In this document: piece by piece, positions 1-7,426 of the stretch
How the letters are laid out: each line of letters opens with the position of its first letter
Numbering within the stretch: the first letter of the stretch is position 1
From: an uncultured Methanosarcinales archaeon
GTDB taxonomy: Archaea > Nanobdellota > Nanobdellia > Woesearchaeales > JAADFO01
Assembly: GCA_964451135.1 (NCBI GenBank)
Contig: CAYVGP010000011.1
Coordinates: 1-12,492 of the forward strand
Direction of reading: 5' to 3'
DNA: 12,492 nucleotides
The notes under the pieces: model-generated
The model's input: the letters and a program-made list of their open reading frames with translations, nothing else
What the model was told of the DNA's origin: nothing
Databases searched by the model: none
Made by a program: the position numbers and the translations under genes

Positions 1-660
1 GTGGAGTATGAGGTTGAAGTCAGGCACAAAGCCCCCGCTGAACCTCAGCTTGTAGCCCCTCGACTCAAGGGCCTCTATGAATGCCCTGTGGTTCTCGGTG
101 TAGTCCCTCCTGAGGCCGCCCGGAGCATAAATTTTTCCGTCAGGGATTTTGAGGTTCTCCTCTTTCAGCACGAATTTCCCTCCTGTGAGCACAAACTCAT
201 GCACGCCCTTCTTTGCAGTGTAGGCAAGTGTCGTGAGGGGCCCGTAAAGCACGTACATTGCAGCGTCCATCCTTGAGCCAGGCTCCATGACGTCCCCTTC
301 GTCAAAGAAGCCCACTATCGTACCTATGGCCAAATTCACTTCAACAAGGGATGAGCCGTCAAGGGGGTCGAGGGTTATGCCGTAGGAGCCCTCTGCCTTC
401 TCAATCTCAATAAGGTCGCCCTGCTCCTCGGATGCGATTGTCCTGACAAGCCTTGACTTTTCAAGAGCAGTTATCAGCAGCTTGTCAGCGTGCTTGTCAA
501 GCGCGAGCTGCTCCTCGCCGTGAATGTTCCTTGTCCCTGCCCTGAACCTGTACCTGTGCATTGTTGCAGAGATGTCCTTGCAGACCTCTGAGACGAGGAT
601 TATCAGCTTTGAGAGGTCGTTGTTTATTCCCTGCTTGCTAAGATGTTCTGAAAGCTCCAT
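1..660 (-). CDS. fbp: Fructose-1,6-bisphosphatase class I, 3'-truncated at window edge
   Basis: My reverse-strand translation from ATG at 660 stays open to base 1: MELSEHLSKQGINNDLSKLIILVSEVCKDISATMHRYRFR...LDPLDGSSLVEVNLAIGTIVGFFDEGD...FVLKEENLKIPDGKIYAPGGLRRDY. DPLDGSS plus VNLxxGTI are class I FBPase signatures. GGTG precedes ATG by 7 nt. Absent from the supplied track, apparently because it is open at the edge. Confidence 0.93.
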   Translation of the reverse strand, partial: MELSEHLSKQGINNDLSKLIILVSEVCKDISATMHRYRFRAGTRNIHGEEQLALDKHADKLLITALEKSRLVRTIASEEQGDLIEIEKAEGSYGITLDPLDGSSLVEVNLAIGTIVGFFDEGDVMEPGSRMDAAMYVLYGPLTTLAYTAKKGVHEFVLTGGKFVLKEENLKIPDGKIYAPGGLRRDYTENHRAFIEALESRGYKLRFSGGFVPDFNLILH

Positions 661-673
661 CTGGCACCACCTG

Positions 674-713
674 TTTTATAGGAGAGACCCTTATTTTTAT
701 AGGAGAAACCCTC
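674..713. repeat. Imperfect direct repeat, 21-bp period, upstream of fbp; each copy carries a TATA-like element on the minus strand
   Basis: TTTTATAGGAGAGACCCTT (674-692) and TTTTATAGGAGAAACCCTC (695-713), 17/19 identical. On the minus strand both read AGGGT(Y)TCTCCTATAAAA. Confidence 0.7.
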
Positions 714-841
714 ACCCCCTGCCTCATAAGAAGGGCTGGGGGGATGTGTGAACGCAAACTGCGTAGGCACTTGTAAAGAAAAAAAGAACTCGCACGCTTC
801 CGAAGTCTCTCCCTTCCCAACAAACACAAAGTGTCCCCCTC

Positions 842-886
842 TTTATTAGTTTGGCTGCTTCCTCAAAGCTAAAGTTGGCTAATAAA
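842..886. repeat. Inverted repeat TTTATTAG...CTAATAAA in the fbp/nucleotidyltransferase intergenic region
   Basis: Perfect 8-bp arms at 842-849 and 879-886, with a smaller internal GCTT-CCTCA-AAGC hairpin. Confidence 0.4.
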
Positions 887-920
887 AAAAATCAGGTGCT
901 AGTATTTAAACATTTCTATA

Positions 921-940
921 AATCATACAACATCATACAA
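921..940. repeat. Tandem 10-bp direct repeat, candidate operator
   Basis: AATCATACAA CATCATACAA, 9/10 identical, just upstream of the TATA-like ATTAAATA and the RHH-nucleotidyltransferase gene. Confidence 0.5.
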
Positions 941-950
941 TTCCAAAATT

Positions 951-958
951 ATTAAATA
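951..958 (+). promoter_or_regulatory. Putative TATA box (ATTAAATA) about 27 nt from ATG 982
   Basis: AT-rich element at the spacing expected for a leaderless archaeal transcript; no GGTG-type ribosome binding site before the ATG. Confidence 0.5.
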
Positions 959-981
959 CTAGTTGAGTTTGCGAATTCTGG

Positions 982-1818
982 ATGAAAGAAAGAGTGACGC
1001 TTACTCTTGACTCCGAGCTTCTCAAAAGAATCGACAGGACAGTGGACGGCACGAGGATAAAGAACAGGAGCCACGCTGTTGAGGTTCTCGTCACGAAAGG
1101 CCTCGGGGAGAACGTGCCGCGAAAAGCCGTTATTCTCGCAGGGGGGAAGGGAACAAGGCTGAGGCCCATAACATACGAGATACCCAAGGCATTGATACCT
1201 GTGCATGGAAAAAGCCTGACAGAGCACCTCTTTGACCTCCTGAGAAAATACAGCATAACCGACGTGATAATGTGCGTGGGGCACATGAAGGAGAAGATAA
1301 AGGAATACTACGGGGACGGCAGGGCATTCGGCCTCAGCATAACCTACGTAGAGGAAACAGAGCCTCTCGGCACAGCAGGGCCCCTGCGGAAGGCAAGGGA
1401 ACTCATTAAAGAGGCGTGCGTTGTCTCAAACGGGGACGAGCTGAAGGACGTGAACATAGAGGAGATGTACCAGCTCCACAAGGAAAAAAAAGCCCTGGCA
1501 ACTATTGCGCTCACAACCGTGAACGACCCGAGCCACTACGGGGTTGCAAGGCTCTCCGGCTCAAGGATACTTGAGTTTGTTGAGAAGCCAAGCAAGGAAG
1601 AGGCGCCGAGCAACCTCATAAACGCGGGCTTTTACATAATAGAGCCGGAAGTGATTGACATAATTCCGGACGGCTTCGCCATGCTGGAAACAGACGTCTT
1701 CCCCAAGCTTGCGCAGCAGGGAAGGCTTTACGGCTTTCCCTTTTCAGGGCAGTGGTTTGACACAGGAAACATAGAGAGGTACGAAAGGGCAATAAAGGAA
1801 TGGAGAGATCTGGCATGA
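982..1818 (+). CDS. Sugar-1-phosphate nucleotidyltransferase (mannose-1-phosphate guanylyltransferase-like) with N-terminal ribbon-helix-helix domain
   Basis: Residues ~1-45 (MKERVTLTLDSELLKRIDRTVDGTRIKNRSHAVEVLVTKGL) fit an RHH/CopG fold. Then AVILAGGKGTRLRPITYEIPKALIPV, PLGTAGPL, LINAGFYIIEP, WFDTGNIERYERA of the NTP_transferase family. Stop overlaps the next start (ATGA). Confidence 0.9.
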   Translation: MKERVTLTLDSELLKRIDRTVDGTRIKNRSHAVEVLVTKGLGENVPRKAVILAGGKGTRLRPITYEIPKALIPVHGKSLTEHLFDLLRKYSITDVIMCVGHMKEKIKEYYGDGRAFGLSITYVEETEPLGTAGPLRKARELIKEACVVSNGDELKDVNIEEMYQLHKEKKALATIALTTVNDPSHYGVARLSGSRILEFVEKPSKEEAPSNLINAGFYIIEPEVIDIIPDGFAMLETDVFPKLAQQGRLYGFPFSGQWFDTGNIERYERAIKEWRDLA

Positions 1819-3173
1819 CAAAAACAAACCAGGGGATATTCAGGGAGTACGACATAAGGGGCATTGTCGGGAAGGAGCTCACCGAAGAATTTGCAGAGGA
1901 GCTCGGGAGAGCCCTCGCGGTTTACCTCAACGCAGACAGGGTTGTTGTCGGAAGGGACAACAGGCCAAGCTCGCTTGCATACAAAAACGCGCTTGTAAAA
2001 GGGCTTCTTGAATCAGGGGTCAGCGTGGTGGACATAGGAATGGTGCCCACGCCCCTGCTCTACTACGCGCTGAGAAAGCTCAACATTCCCGAAGGAGTCA
2101 TGATAACAGGAAGCCACAACCCCCCTGAATACAACGGATTCAAGATAGCAAAGAACAAACACTGCATATACGGAAAGGAGATACAGAGGGTAAGGGAGAT
2201 TATTGAGAAAGGGGAAACAAAAAAAGGGAAGGGCAGCCTCAGCGAGGCCATAATTGATGACGATTACATAAACGAGATAAGCTCAAGGGTGAAGCTTGGA
2301 AGGAAGCTGGTTGTTGTGGCGGACACAGGAAACGGAACAGCAGGCCCTGTTGTCTCAAAGCTCCTTGAGAAGATGGGGGCAACAGTGACAGGGCTCTTCA
2401 TGGAGCCTGACGGCACATACCCCAACCACCACCCAGACCCAACCCAGCCCCAGCACTACACAGCCCTCATGAGAGAAGTGAAGGAGAGAAAGGCTGATGT
2501 CGGCCTCGCGTACGACGGGGACGCAGACAGGCTGGGGGCGGTTGATGATAAAGGAAGAATGAGGTTCGGGGACGAGCTCATGATTCTCTTCTCAAGGGAG
2601 ATACTCGGAAAAAGGCCCGGGGCGAAGATAGCCATAGAGGTCAAGTGCAGCCAGGCGGTTGTTGAGGACGTTGAGTCTCATGGAGGAGTTCCAATAATGT
2701 GCCCCACAGGACACTCCCTGATAGAGGCAAAGATGGAGGAAACGGGAGCCCTGCTGGCTGGGGAGATGTCAGGCCACATCTACTTCGCAGACGAGTGGTA
2801 CGGCTTTGACGACGCCATTTACGCAAGCGCGAGGCTCCTGAGGGTTCTCTCAGAGAACGCGAAAAGCATGTCCGAGATGCTGGAAGAGGCCCCGAGGTAC
2901 TTCGCAACGCCTGAGATAAGGATAGAGGTGCCTGACGAGAAGAAGTTTGAGATTGTTGAGCGCATAAAGGAAAATTTCAGAAAAGAATTCAGAGTGATTG
3001 ACATTGATGGTGTGCGCTTCATCACAGAAAAAGGGTGGGGGCTGGTAAGGGCTTCAAACACCCAGCCCGCTCTCGTGGTCAGGGCAGAGGGAAAAACAGA
3101 GGAGGAGCTTGAGAGAATCAAGGAGATGCTCAGGGAGGAGCTGAAAAGGCACGGCGTGGAGCCGGGGTTCTAG
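1815..3173 (+). CDS. manB: Phosphomannomutase/phosphoglucomutase (ManB/AlgC-like)
   Basis: GVMITGSHNPPEYNGFKIAKN (phosphoserine loop), YDGDADRLGAVDDKG (metal loop), GEMSGHIYFADEWYGFDDAIYASARLL (sugar-binding loop). ATG at 1815 overlaps the upstream TGA; the track start at 1800 is less likely. Confidence 0.93.
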   Translation: MTKTNQGIFREYDIRGIVGKELTEEFAEELGRALAVYLNADRVVVGRDNRPSSLAYKNALVKGLLESGVSVVDIGMVPTPLLYYALRKLNIPEGVMITGSHNPPEYNGFKIAKNKHCIYGKEIQRVREIIEKGETKKGKGSLSEAIIDDDYINEISSRVKLGRKLVVVADTGNGTAGPVVSKLLEKMGATVTGLFMEPDGTYPNHHPDPTQPQHYTALMREVKERKADVGLAYDGDADRLGAVDDKGRMRFGDELMILFSREILGKRPGAKIAIEVKCSQAVVEDVESHGGVPIMCPTGHSLIEAKMEETGALLAGEMSGHIYFADEWYGFDDAIYASARLLRVLSENAKSMSEMLEEAPRYFATPEIRIEVPDEKKFEIVERIKENFRKEFRVIDIDGVRFITEKGWGLVRASNTQPALVVRAEGKTEEELERIKEMLREELKRHGVEPGF

Positions 3174-3308
3174 CTTCGCAACTCATACTTAGCAGTCCCT
3201 GCCTGAACAAGAAGATTTCTGGTCTTGCGACATCCTGCAACCATTGAAGCGCACTATGCAGGCCATTCCAAGAATGCAAATGCCCTGCAGAAAAGAGGCA
3301 GCGCGTAA

Positions 3309-3455
3309 TTATTGAAAGCAGTTGGCGTCCCCCTGAAGGAGCCCGCCCTCAAGCAATGCTCGCGTCAGGATTGCATCACAGACCTTCCTGAGGAGGGACA
3401 AGCAGTGTCCAGAAACAAGCAGTGCCAGGAAGCTGAAAATTTTAGGGATAATCAT
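3309..3455 (-). CDS. Possible 48-aa small ORF with hydrophobic N-terminus, below the supplied track's length cutoff
   Basis: MIIPKIFSFLALLVSGHCLSLLRKVCDAILTRALLEGGLLQGDANCFQ*. ATG at 3455 overlaps the TGA (3454-3452) of the upstream minus-strand ORF. No homology recognised. Confidence 0.2.
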   Translation of the reverse strand: MIIPKIFSFLALLVSGHCLSLLRKVCDAILTRALLEGGLLQGDANCFQ

Positions 3456-3976
3456 TTCCGGAAATAATTCCTTAAGCCGGTAAAAAGCACCCCTCCGGGA
3501 ATCAGTATGCTGGTGTAATCAGAAATATTAGGAAGGTGGGTTTCAGAGGGCCTTAGCAGGAGCCACCTCAGCTCCTCATTCGGAGGGGTCTCTTTTATCC
3601 TGAACAAAGGGGCAAAGGAATTGTAAGCCACATGAACAGCGCCTTCAAGGCTTCCCGGCTCTTGTTCTTGGAGGATCTCATGTTTTGACTTGGGCAGAGG
3701 AGTTCCCAAGGTGTAAATCTCGAAATTAAATGAATCCTTTTTTATGTATAAAATGTCGTTTTCGCCCAGAAAAAAATAGCCCGCCCCCAATTCCGGAAAG
3801 TGATCGCTGTTTAGCTCGTCATCAGCAAAATACTTGACATAAAGAGATATGTTTACGACTCTGCCGAAAACATCATCCGCAGCGTGTTCCAGAAGTGTGA
3901 AAACATCGTAGTTATTCTCTCTCACAATGAGATGCGGCTTGTAATTCTCCCTGTATTCTTCCTGAAAGGAGTCCAT
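3452..3976 (-). CDS. Hypothetical protein, no family recognised
   Basis: 174-aa ORF beginning MDSFQEEYRENYKPHLIVRENNYDVF...; a TATA-like TTTAAAT lies about 27 nt upstream of ATG 3976. The track's GTG start at 4042 would lie upstream of the expected transcription start. Confidence 0.6.
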   Translation of the reverse strand: MDSFQEEYRENYKPHLIVRENNYDVFTLLEHAADDVFGRVVNISLYVKYFADDELNSDHFPELGAGYFFLGENDILYIKKDSFNFEIYTLGTPLPKSKHEILQEQEPGSLEGAVHVAYNSFAPLFRIKETPPNEELRWLLLRPSETHLPNISDYTSILIPGGVLFTGLRNYFRK

Positions 3977-4000
3977 GGGCAGAAGCGAACGAAAGAGAAT

Positions 4001-4008
4001 ATTTAAAT
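4001..4008 (-). promoter_or_regulatory. Putative TATA box for the minus-strand hypothetical gene
   Basis: Plus-strand ATTTAAAT (minus AAATTTAAATATTC context), centred about 27-28 nt from ATG 3976. Confidence 0.45.
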
Positions 4009-4046
4009 TTACCTCTTCAGAATAGCGACATAAAAAATCCACAATA

Positions 4047-4054
4047 TTTATAAA
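4047..4054 (+). promoter_or_regulatory. Putative TATA box of the exosome/proteasome operon
   Basis: TTTATAAA within AATATTTATAAATC, followed by a purine-rich leader and GGTGA before the first gene. Confidence 0.55.
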
Positions 4055-4142
4055 TCAACACCCTTTCACTCCGACTGAGAGAGAAAGAGAGAAGCGGAGA
4101 CTGTACTGCTTTCTCAGCACAACGGCAGGAAGGTGAAAAGCC

Positions 4143-4508
4143 ATTAAAGAAAAGCTGAAACCCCTGAGGCCGTCGTTGCGCGAAAAAAAGCGCTACGTCG
4201 CATTTGAGGTCGTTTCAAAAGAGAAGCTTGAGGGCTACGCCCAAGCATACAACGCATTTGTTGAATCCGTAGTCAGACTTTTGGGGAGCAGGGGCGTTGC
4301 GGAAATAGGGCCTGTTCCTGTGAAGAAGGGATGGAACACCAAGCGCCAGAGAGGGATTGTGAGGGTTTCAGCAAAAAAGGTTGATGAGGCAAAGGCAGCC
4401 ATTGCCGCTGTAACCCACATACAGAGCCACGAGGCAATAATGAGAAGCGTCGGCACAAGCGGCATAATGAAGAAGGCGATTGAACGATACATCAACCCGG
4501 GAAGGTGA
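4143..4508 (+). CDS. rnp2: Ribonuclease P protein component 2 (Pop5/Rpp14 family)
   Basis: IKEKLKPLRPSLREKKRYVAFEVVSKEKL... is the conserved archaeal Pop5 N-terminus (L-P-LRxxLRxKKRY-AF). The track begins at TTG 4176, but homology extends upstream to ATT 4143, preceded by GGTGA (4132-4136). An in-frame TGA at 4134-4136 bounds the start. The exact start codon is inferred. Confidence 0.85.
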   Translation: MKEKLKPLRPSLREKKRYVAFEVVSKEKLEGYAQAYNAFVESVVRLLGSRGVAEIGPVPVKKGWNTKRQRGIVRVSAKKVDEAKAAIAAVTHIQSHEAIMRSVGTSGIMKKAIERYINPGR

Positions 4509-4513
4509 ACAAA

Positions 4514-5251
4514 ATGCAACCAATGACGCACCAAATGATGGGGTACGACAGAGCAATAACAATGTTCAGCCCTGACGGAAGACTGCTTCAGGTTGAGTAC
4601 GCGAAGAAGACAGTCAGGCAGGGCTCCTCCGCAATAGGAATCGTGTGCAAGGACGGAGTGGTCATAATAACGGACAAAAGGATAGTGGACAAGCTGATTG
4701 TCCCGGAGGCAGTGGAGAAGATATTCCAGATAGACGAGCACATAGCTGCAACAGCGTCAGGAATACTCTCTGATGCCAGGGTTCTCATAGAGAGGGCCCA
4801 GCTCAAGGCGCAGCAGCACAGGGTTGTGTATGACGCGCCCGTGGAGCCCATAACAATCGTGAAGGACATCTGCGACCTCAAGCAGATATGCACCCAGAGC
4901 GGCGGCCTGAGGCCGTTCGGAGTCTCGATTCTCGTTGGGGGCATAGACAAGGAAGGCCCCAAGCTCTTTGAGACAGACCCCACAGGCATATACTTCAGGT
5001 ACTACGCCACAGCAATCGGGGAAGGGGAAACAGAGATAGAGGAGATCCTTCACAAGAACTACAAAGAGGATATCACGATAGAGGAAGGCATAGAGCTGGG
5101 AGTGAAGGCGATAGTGGAAGTCATTGACAAGGACATACCTGTTGAGAGGCTTGACTGCGCATACGTCAAGAGCGACGAAAAGAAGTTTGTGAGGCCGAAA
5201 AAGGAACACCTCCAGAAGGTTCTTGCGAGCCTCAAGCCGAAGAAAAAATAA
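4514..5251 (+). CDS. psmA: Proteasome alpha subunit
   Basis: [35 protein letters not shown] (alpha-subunit signature) and [19 protein letters not shown] at 4504-4508 spaces well with ATG 4514; the alternative GTG is at 4505. Confidence 0.96.
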   Translation: MQPMTHQMMGYDRAITMFSPDGRLLQVEYAKKTVRQGSSAIGIVCKDGVVIITDKRIVDKLIVPEAVEKIFQIDEHIAATASGILSDARVLIERAQLKAQQHRVVYDAPVEPITIVKDICDLKQICTQSGGLRPFGVSILVGGIDKEGPKLFETDPTGIYFRYYATAIGEGETEIEEILHKNYKEDITIEEGIELGVKAIVEVIDKDIPVERLDCAYVKSDEKKFVRPKKEHLQKVLASLKPKKK

Positions 5252-5273
5252 TCAGACAATCAAGAGCGTTAAA

Positions 5274-5990
5274 ATGGCAGGAATGGGTGAGAAGAAGCAC
5301 GCCCACATGAACCTCGCACGGCTGAGGAAGGGCAACAACGTGTTTGAAGTCGTCATTGATTCTGAGGCAGCCCTAGAATACAGAAAAGGCGGGGACGTCC
5401 AGCTGAGGGATGTTCTCAAGGCAGAGCGCATATTCAGTGACGCGCAGAAGGGGATGGAGGCCTCTGAGAAGTCGCTTGAGGAGGCTTTCGGCACATCAGA
5501 GTTTGAGAAGATAGCTGACGCCATAATCAAGGAAGGGGAGATACAGCTCACAGCAGAGCAGAGAAAGAGGTTCAAGGAGGAAAAGCTGAGGCAGATAATA
5601 AACATCATCCACACGAACGGCGTGGATCCCAGAACCCATGCTCCCCACCCTCCCGCAAGGATTGAGAGGGCGATAGAGGAGGCAGGAGTCAGCATAGACG
5701 CGTTCAAGCCCGCAAGGGAGCAGGTCAAGGAGGTTGTCAGGAGGCTCCAGCCCATACTCCCCATAAGGTTTGAGGTAAAGGAAATACTGCTTTCAATACC
5801 CGCCTCTTACGCGCCGAAATGCTACTCCGCTGTCAAGAGCAGGTGCACGATACTCAGCGAGGAATGGCAGAGCGACGGAAGCTGGAGCGTAAGGGTGGAA
5901 ATACCTGCAGGAATTGAGGACGAGCTTTACGACAAGCTCAACTCAATAACGCACGGAAACATTGAGAGCAAGCTGCTCTCAACAAAGTAA
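5274..5990 (+). CDS. SBDS-family ribosome maturation protein
   Basis: [77 protein letters not shown] are SBDS signatures. Start uncertain (5274 or 5283); the track start at 5223 overlaps psmA. Confidence 0.95.
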   Translation: MAGMGEKKHAHMNLARLRKGNNVFEVVIDSEAALEYRKGGDVQLRDVLKAERIFSDAQKGMEASEKSLEEAFGTSEFEKIADAIIKEGEIQLTAEQRKRFKEEKLRQIINIIHTNGVDPRTHAPHPPARIERAIEEAGVSIDAFKPAREQVKEVVRRLQPILPIRFEVKEILLSIPASYAPKCYSAVKSRCTILSEEWQSDGSWSVRVEIPAGIEDELYDKLNSITHGNIESKLLSTK

Positions 5991-6028
5991 GAAAACGCTT
6001 ATTAAGGCAAACCGAAGGTGAAAGTAAC

Positions 6029-6715
6029 ATGGGAAAAATGCTTGTTGAAGAAAAGGCAATAGTGGTTCCCGGCGAGGACCTCGCAGAGGGCATGGACTAC
6101 CTGCCGGGATACGGAACGTACAGGGATGGAGACAAGGTTGTTGCCGCAAGGCTCGGCCTCGTTTCCCTGAGCGGCAGGGCTGTGAAGATAGTCCCCCTCA
6201 CAGGAAAATACAATCCGAAGAAGGGAGACGTAATCATAGCAAGAGTGATAGACATAACAATCGGCGGGTGGAGGCTTGACACTAACAGCGCCTACTCCGC
6301 AATGCTCGGAATGAAGGACGCCACGAGCGAGTACATAGAAAGGGGGGCGGACCTCAGCAGGTACTTCAGCATTGGAGACTACGTTGTTGCAAAGGTGACA
6401 AACGTGACAAGCCAGAAGCTTGTTGACCTCTCCTTAAGAGGACCGGGCCTCAAAAAGCTCGGGGAGGGAAGGATACTGAAAGTGAATCCATTCAAGGTGC
6501 CCAGAATAATAGGCAAGGGCGGCTCAATGGTGAAGCTCATAAAGGACTCGACGGGCTGCAGGATAGTCGTTGGGCAGAACGGCATAGTGTGGCTGAGCGG
6601 AGAGCCCGAAATGGAGCTTCTCGCAGCAAAGGCAATCAAGCTCGTGGAGGAGCTCGCCCACACATCAGGGCTTACTGACAGGGTGAAAGAAATTCTCAGC
6701 AAGAAGGTGAAATAA
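6029..6715 (+). CDS. rrp4: Exosome RNA-binding subunit Rrp4 (S1 and KH domains)
   Basis: VVPGEDLAEGMDYLPGYGTYRDG, S1-like middle region, KH-like PRIIGKGGSMVKLIKDSTGCRIVVGQNGIVWLSG. GGTGA 7 nt before the ATG. Confidence 0.95.
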   Translation: MGKMLVEEKAIVVPGEDLAEGMDYLPGYGTYRDGDKVVAARLGLVSLSGRAVKIVPLTGKYNPKKGDVIIARVIDITIGGWRLDTNSAYSAMLGMKDATSEYIERGADLSRYFSIGDYVVAKVTNVTSQKLVDLSLRGPGLKKLGEGRILKVNPFKVPRIIGKGGSMVKLIKDSTGCRIVVGQNGIVWLSGEPEMELLAAKAIKLVEELAHTSGLTDRVKEILSKKVK

Positions 6716-7426
6716 ATGGCATTTGACAAGAGACCTGACGGCAGAGCTTATGACGAGCTCAGGCCGGTAGTGGCAAAGGCAGGCGTCATACCCAGGGCAG
6801 ACGGCTCAGGGTACTTCAAGATAGGAAAGTCAGAGGCCTACGCAGCTGTTTACGGCCCCAGAAACCTTTACCCCAAGTTCCTCCAGAACCCCCAGCAGGG
6901 AGTTCTGAGGGTGAACTACAACATGATGCCGTTCTCCTCGGCAGGGGAGAGAGTCAGGCCGGGGGGAAGCAGGAGAAGCAAGGAGATAAGCCTTGTGACA
7001 GAAAAGGCCCTGCTCCCAGCCATAGACCTCAACGAGTTCCCCAACTCAGTGGTTGACGTGTTCATAGAACTCATACAGACAGACGCAGGCACGAGGTGCG
7101 CGGGAATATGCGCTGCCTCAATAGCGCTTGCGGACGCGGGCATCCTCATGAGGGACCTCGTGGCTGCTGTGAGCGTGGGAAAGGTGGATGACAAGATACT
7201 CGTTGACCTCAACTACGAAGAGGAGGCATGGGAGGGAGAGGTTGCTGACATACCTGTGGCAATGGTTCCAAGAACTGGGAGATTCTCCCTGCTTCAGATG
7301 GACGGGATAATGACCAAGGAAGAGCTGCAGAAAGCCCTTGAGATGGCAAGGCCCAAGCTGATAGAAATAAACAGGATTCAGCGCGAGGCCCTCAAGGCAA
7401 AGTACCGCACAGGTGATGATAAATGA
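6716..7426 (+). CDS. rrp41: Exosome catalytic subunit Rrp41 (RNase PH family)
   Basis: RPDGRAYDELRPV, RVNYNMMPFSS, VVDVFIELIQTDAGTRCAGICAASIALADAGILMRDLVAAVSVG, DIPVAMVP, LLQMDGIMTKEE. Confidence 0.96.
   Translation: MAFDKRPDGRAYDELRPVVAKAGVIPRADGSGYFKIGKSEAYAAVYGPRNLYPKFLQNPQQGVLRVNYNMMPFSSAGERVRPGGSRRSKEISLVTEKALLPAIDLNEFPNSVVDVFIELIQTDAGTRCAGICAASIALADAGILMRDLVAAVSVGKVDDKILVDLNYEEEAWEGEVADIPVAMVPRTGRFSLLQMDGIMTKEELQKALEMARPKLIEINRIQREALKAKYRTGDDK

Noticed and set aside
1-276. 91-aa plus-strand ORF at the left edge
   Set aside because: It is the complement of the class I FBPase coding sequence, which has diagnostic motifs.
713-743. GC-rich imperfect hairpin CCCCCTGCCTC...GGGCTGGGGGG
   Set aside because: The stem needs two G-T pairs and a C-C mismatch, and its position upstream of both divergent promoters gives no clear role.
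933-1327. Minus-strand ORFs of 117, 110 and 65 aa over the nucleotidyltransferase 5' region
   Set aside because: One of these is printed as 952..1284 minus and overlaps clear RHH/nucleotidyltransferase coding on the plus strand; no supportive signals.
3174-3308. Possible structured RNA in the convergent gap
   Set aside because: I found no tRNA-like cloverleaf, SRP or RNase P RNA signatures by eye; a covariance-model search (Infernal/Rfam) would be decisive.
3454-3465. Perfect 12-bp palindrome ATTTCCGGAAAT
   Set aside because: It lies in the last codons of the orphan ORF. Short, lacks a U-tract or loop, and is not clearly a terminator or binding site, so I do not claim a function.
4235-5259. 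Long minus-strand ORFs (168, 133, 150, 66 aa) opposite rnp2/psmA
   Set aside because: Antisense to conserved genes, low-complexity and Cys/Ser-rich translations, no family features.
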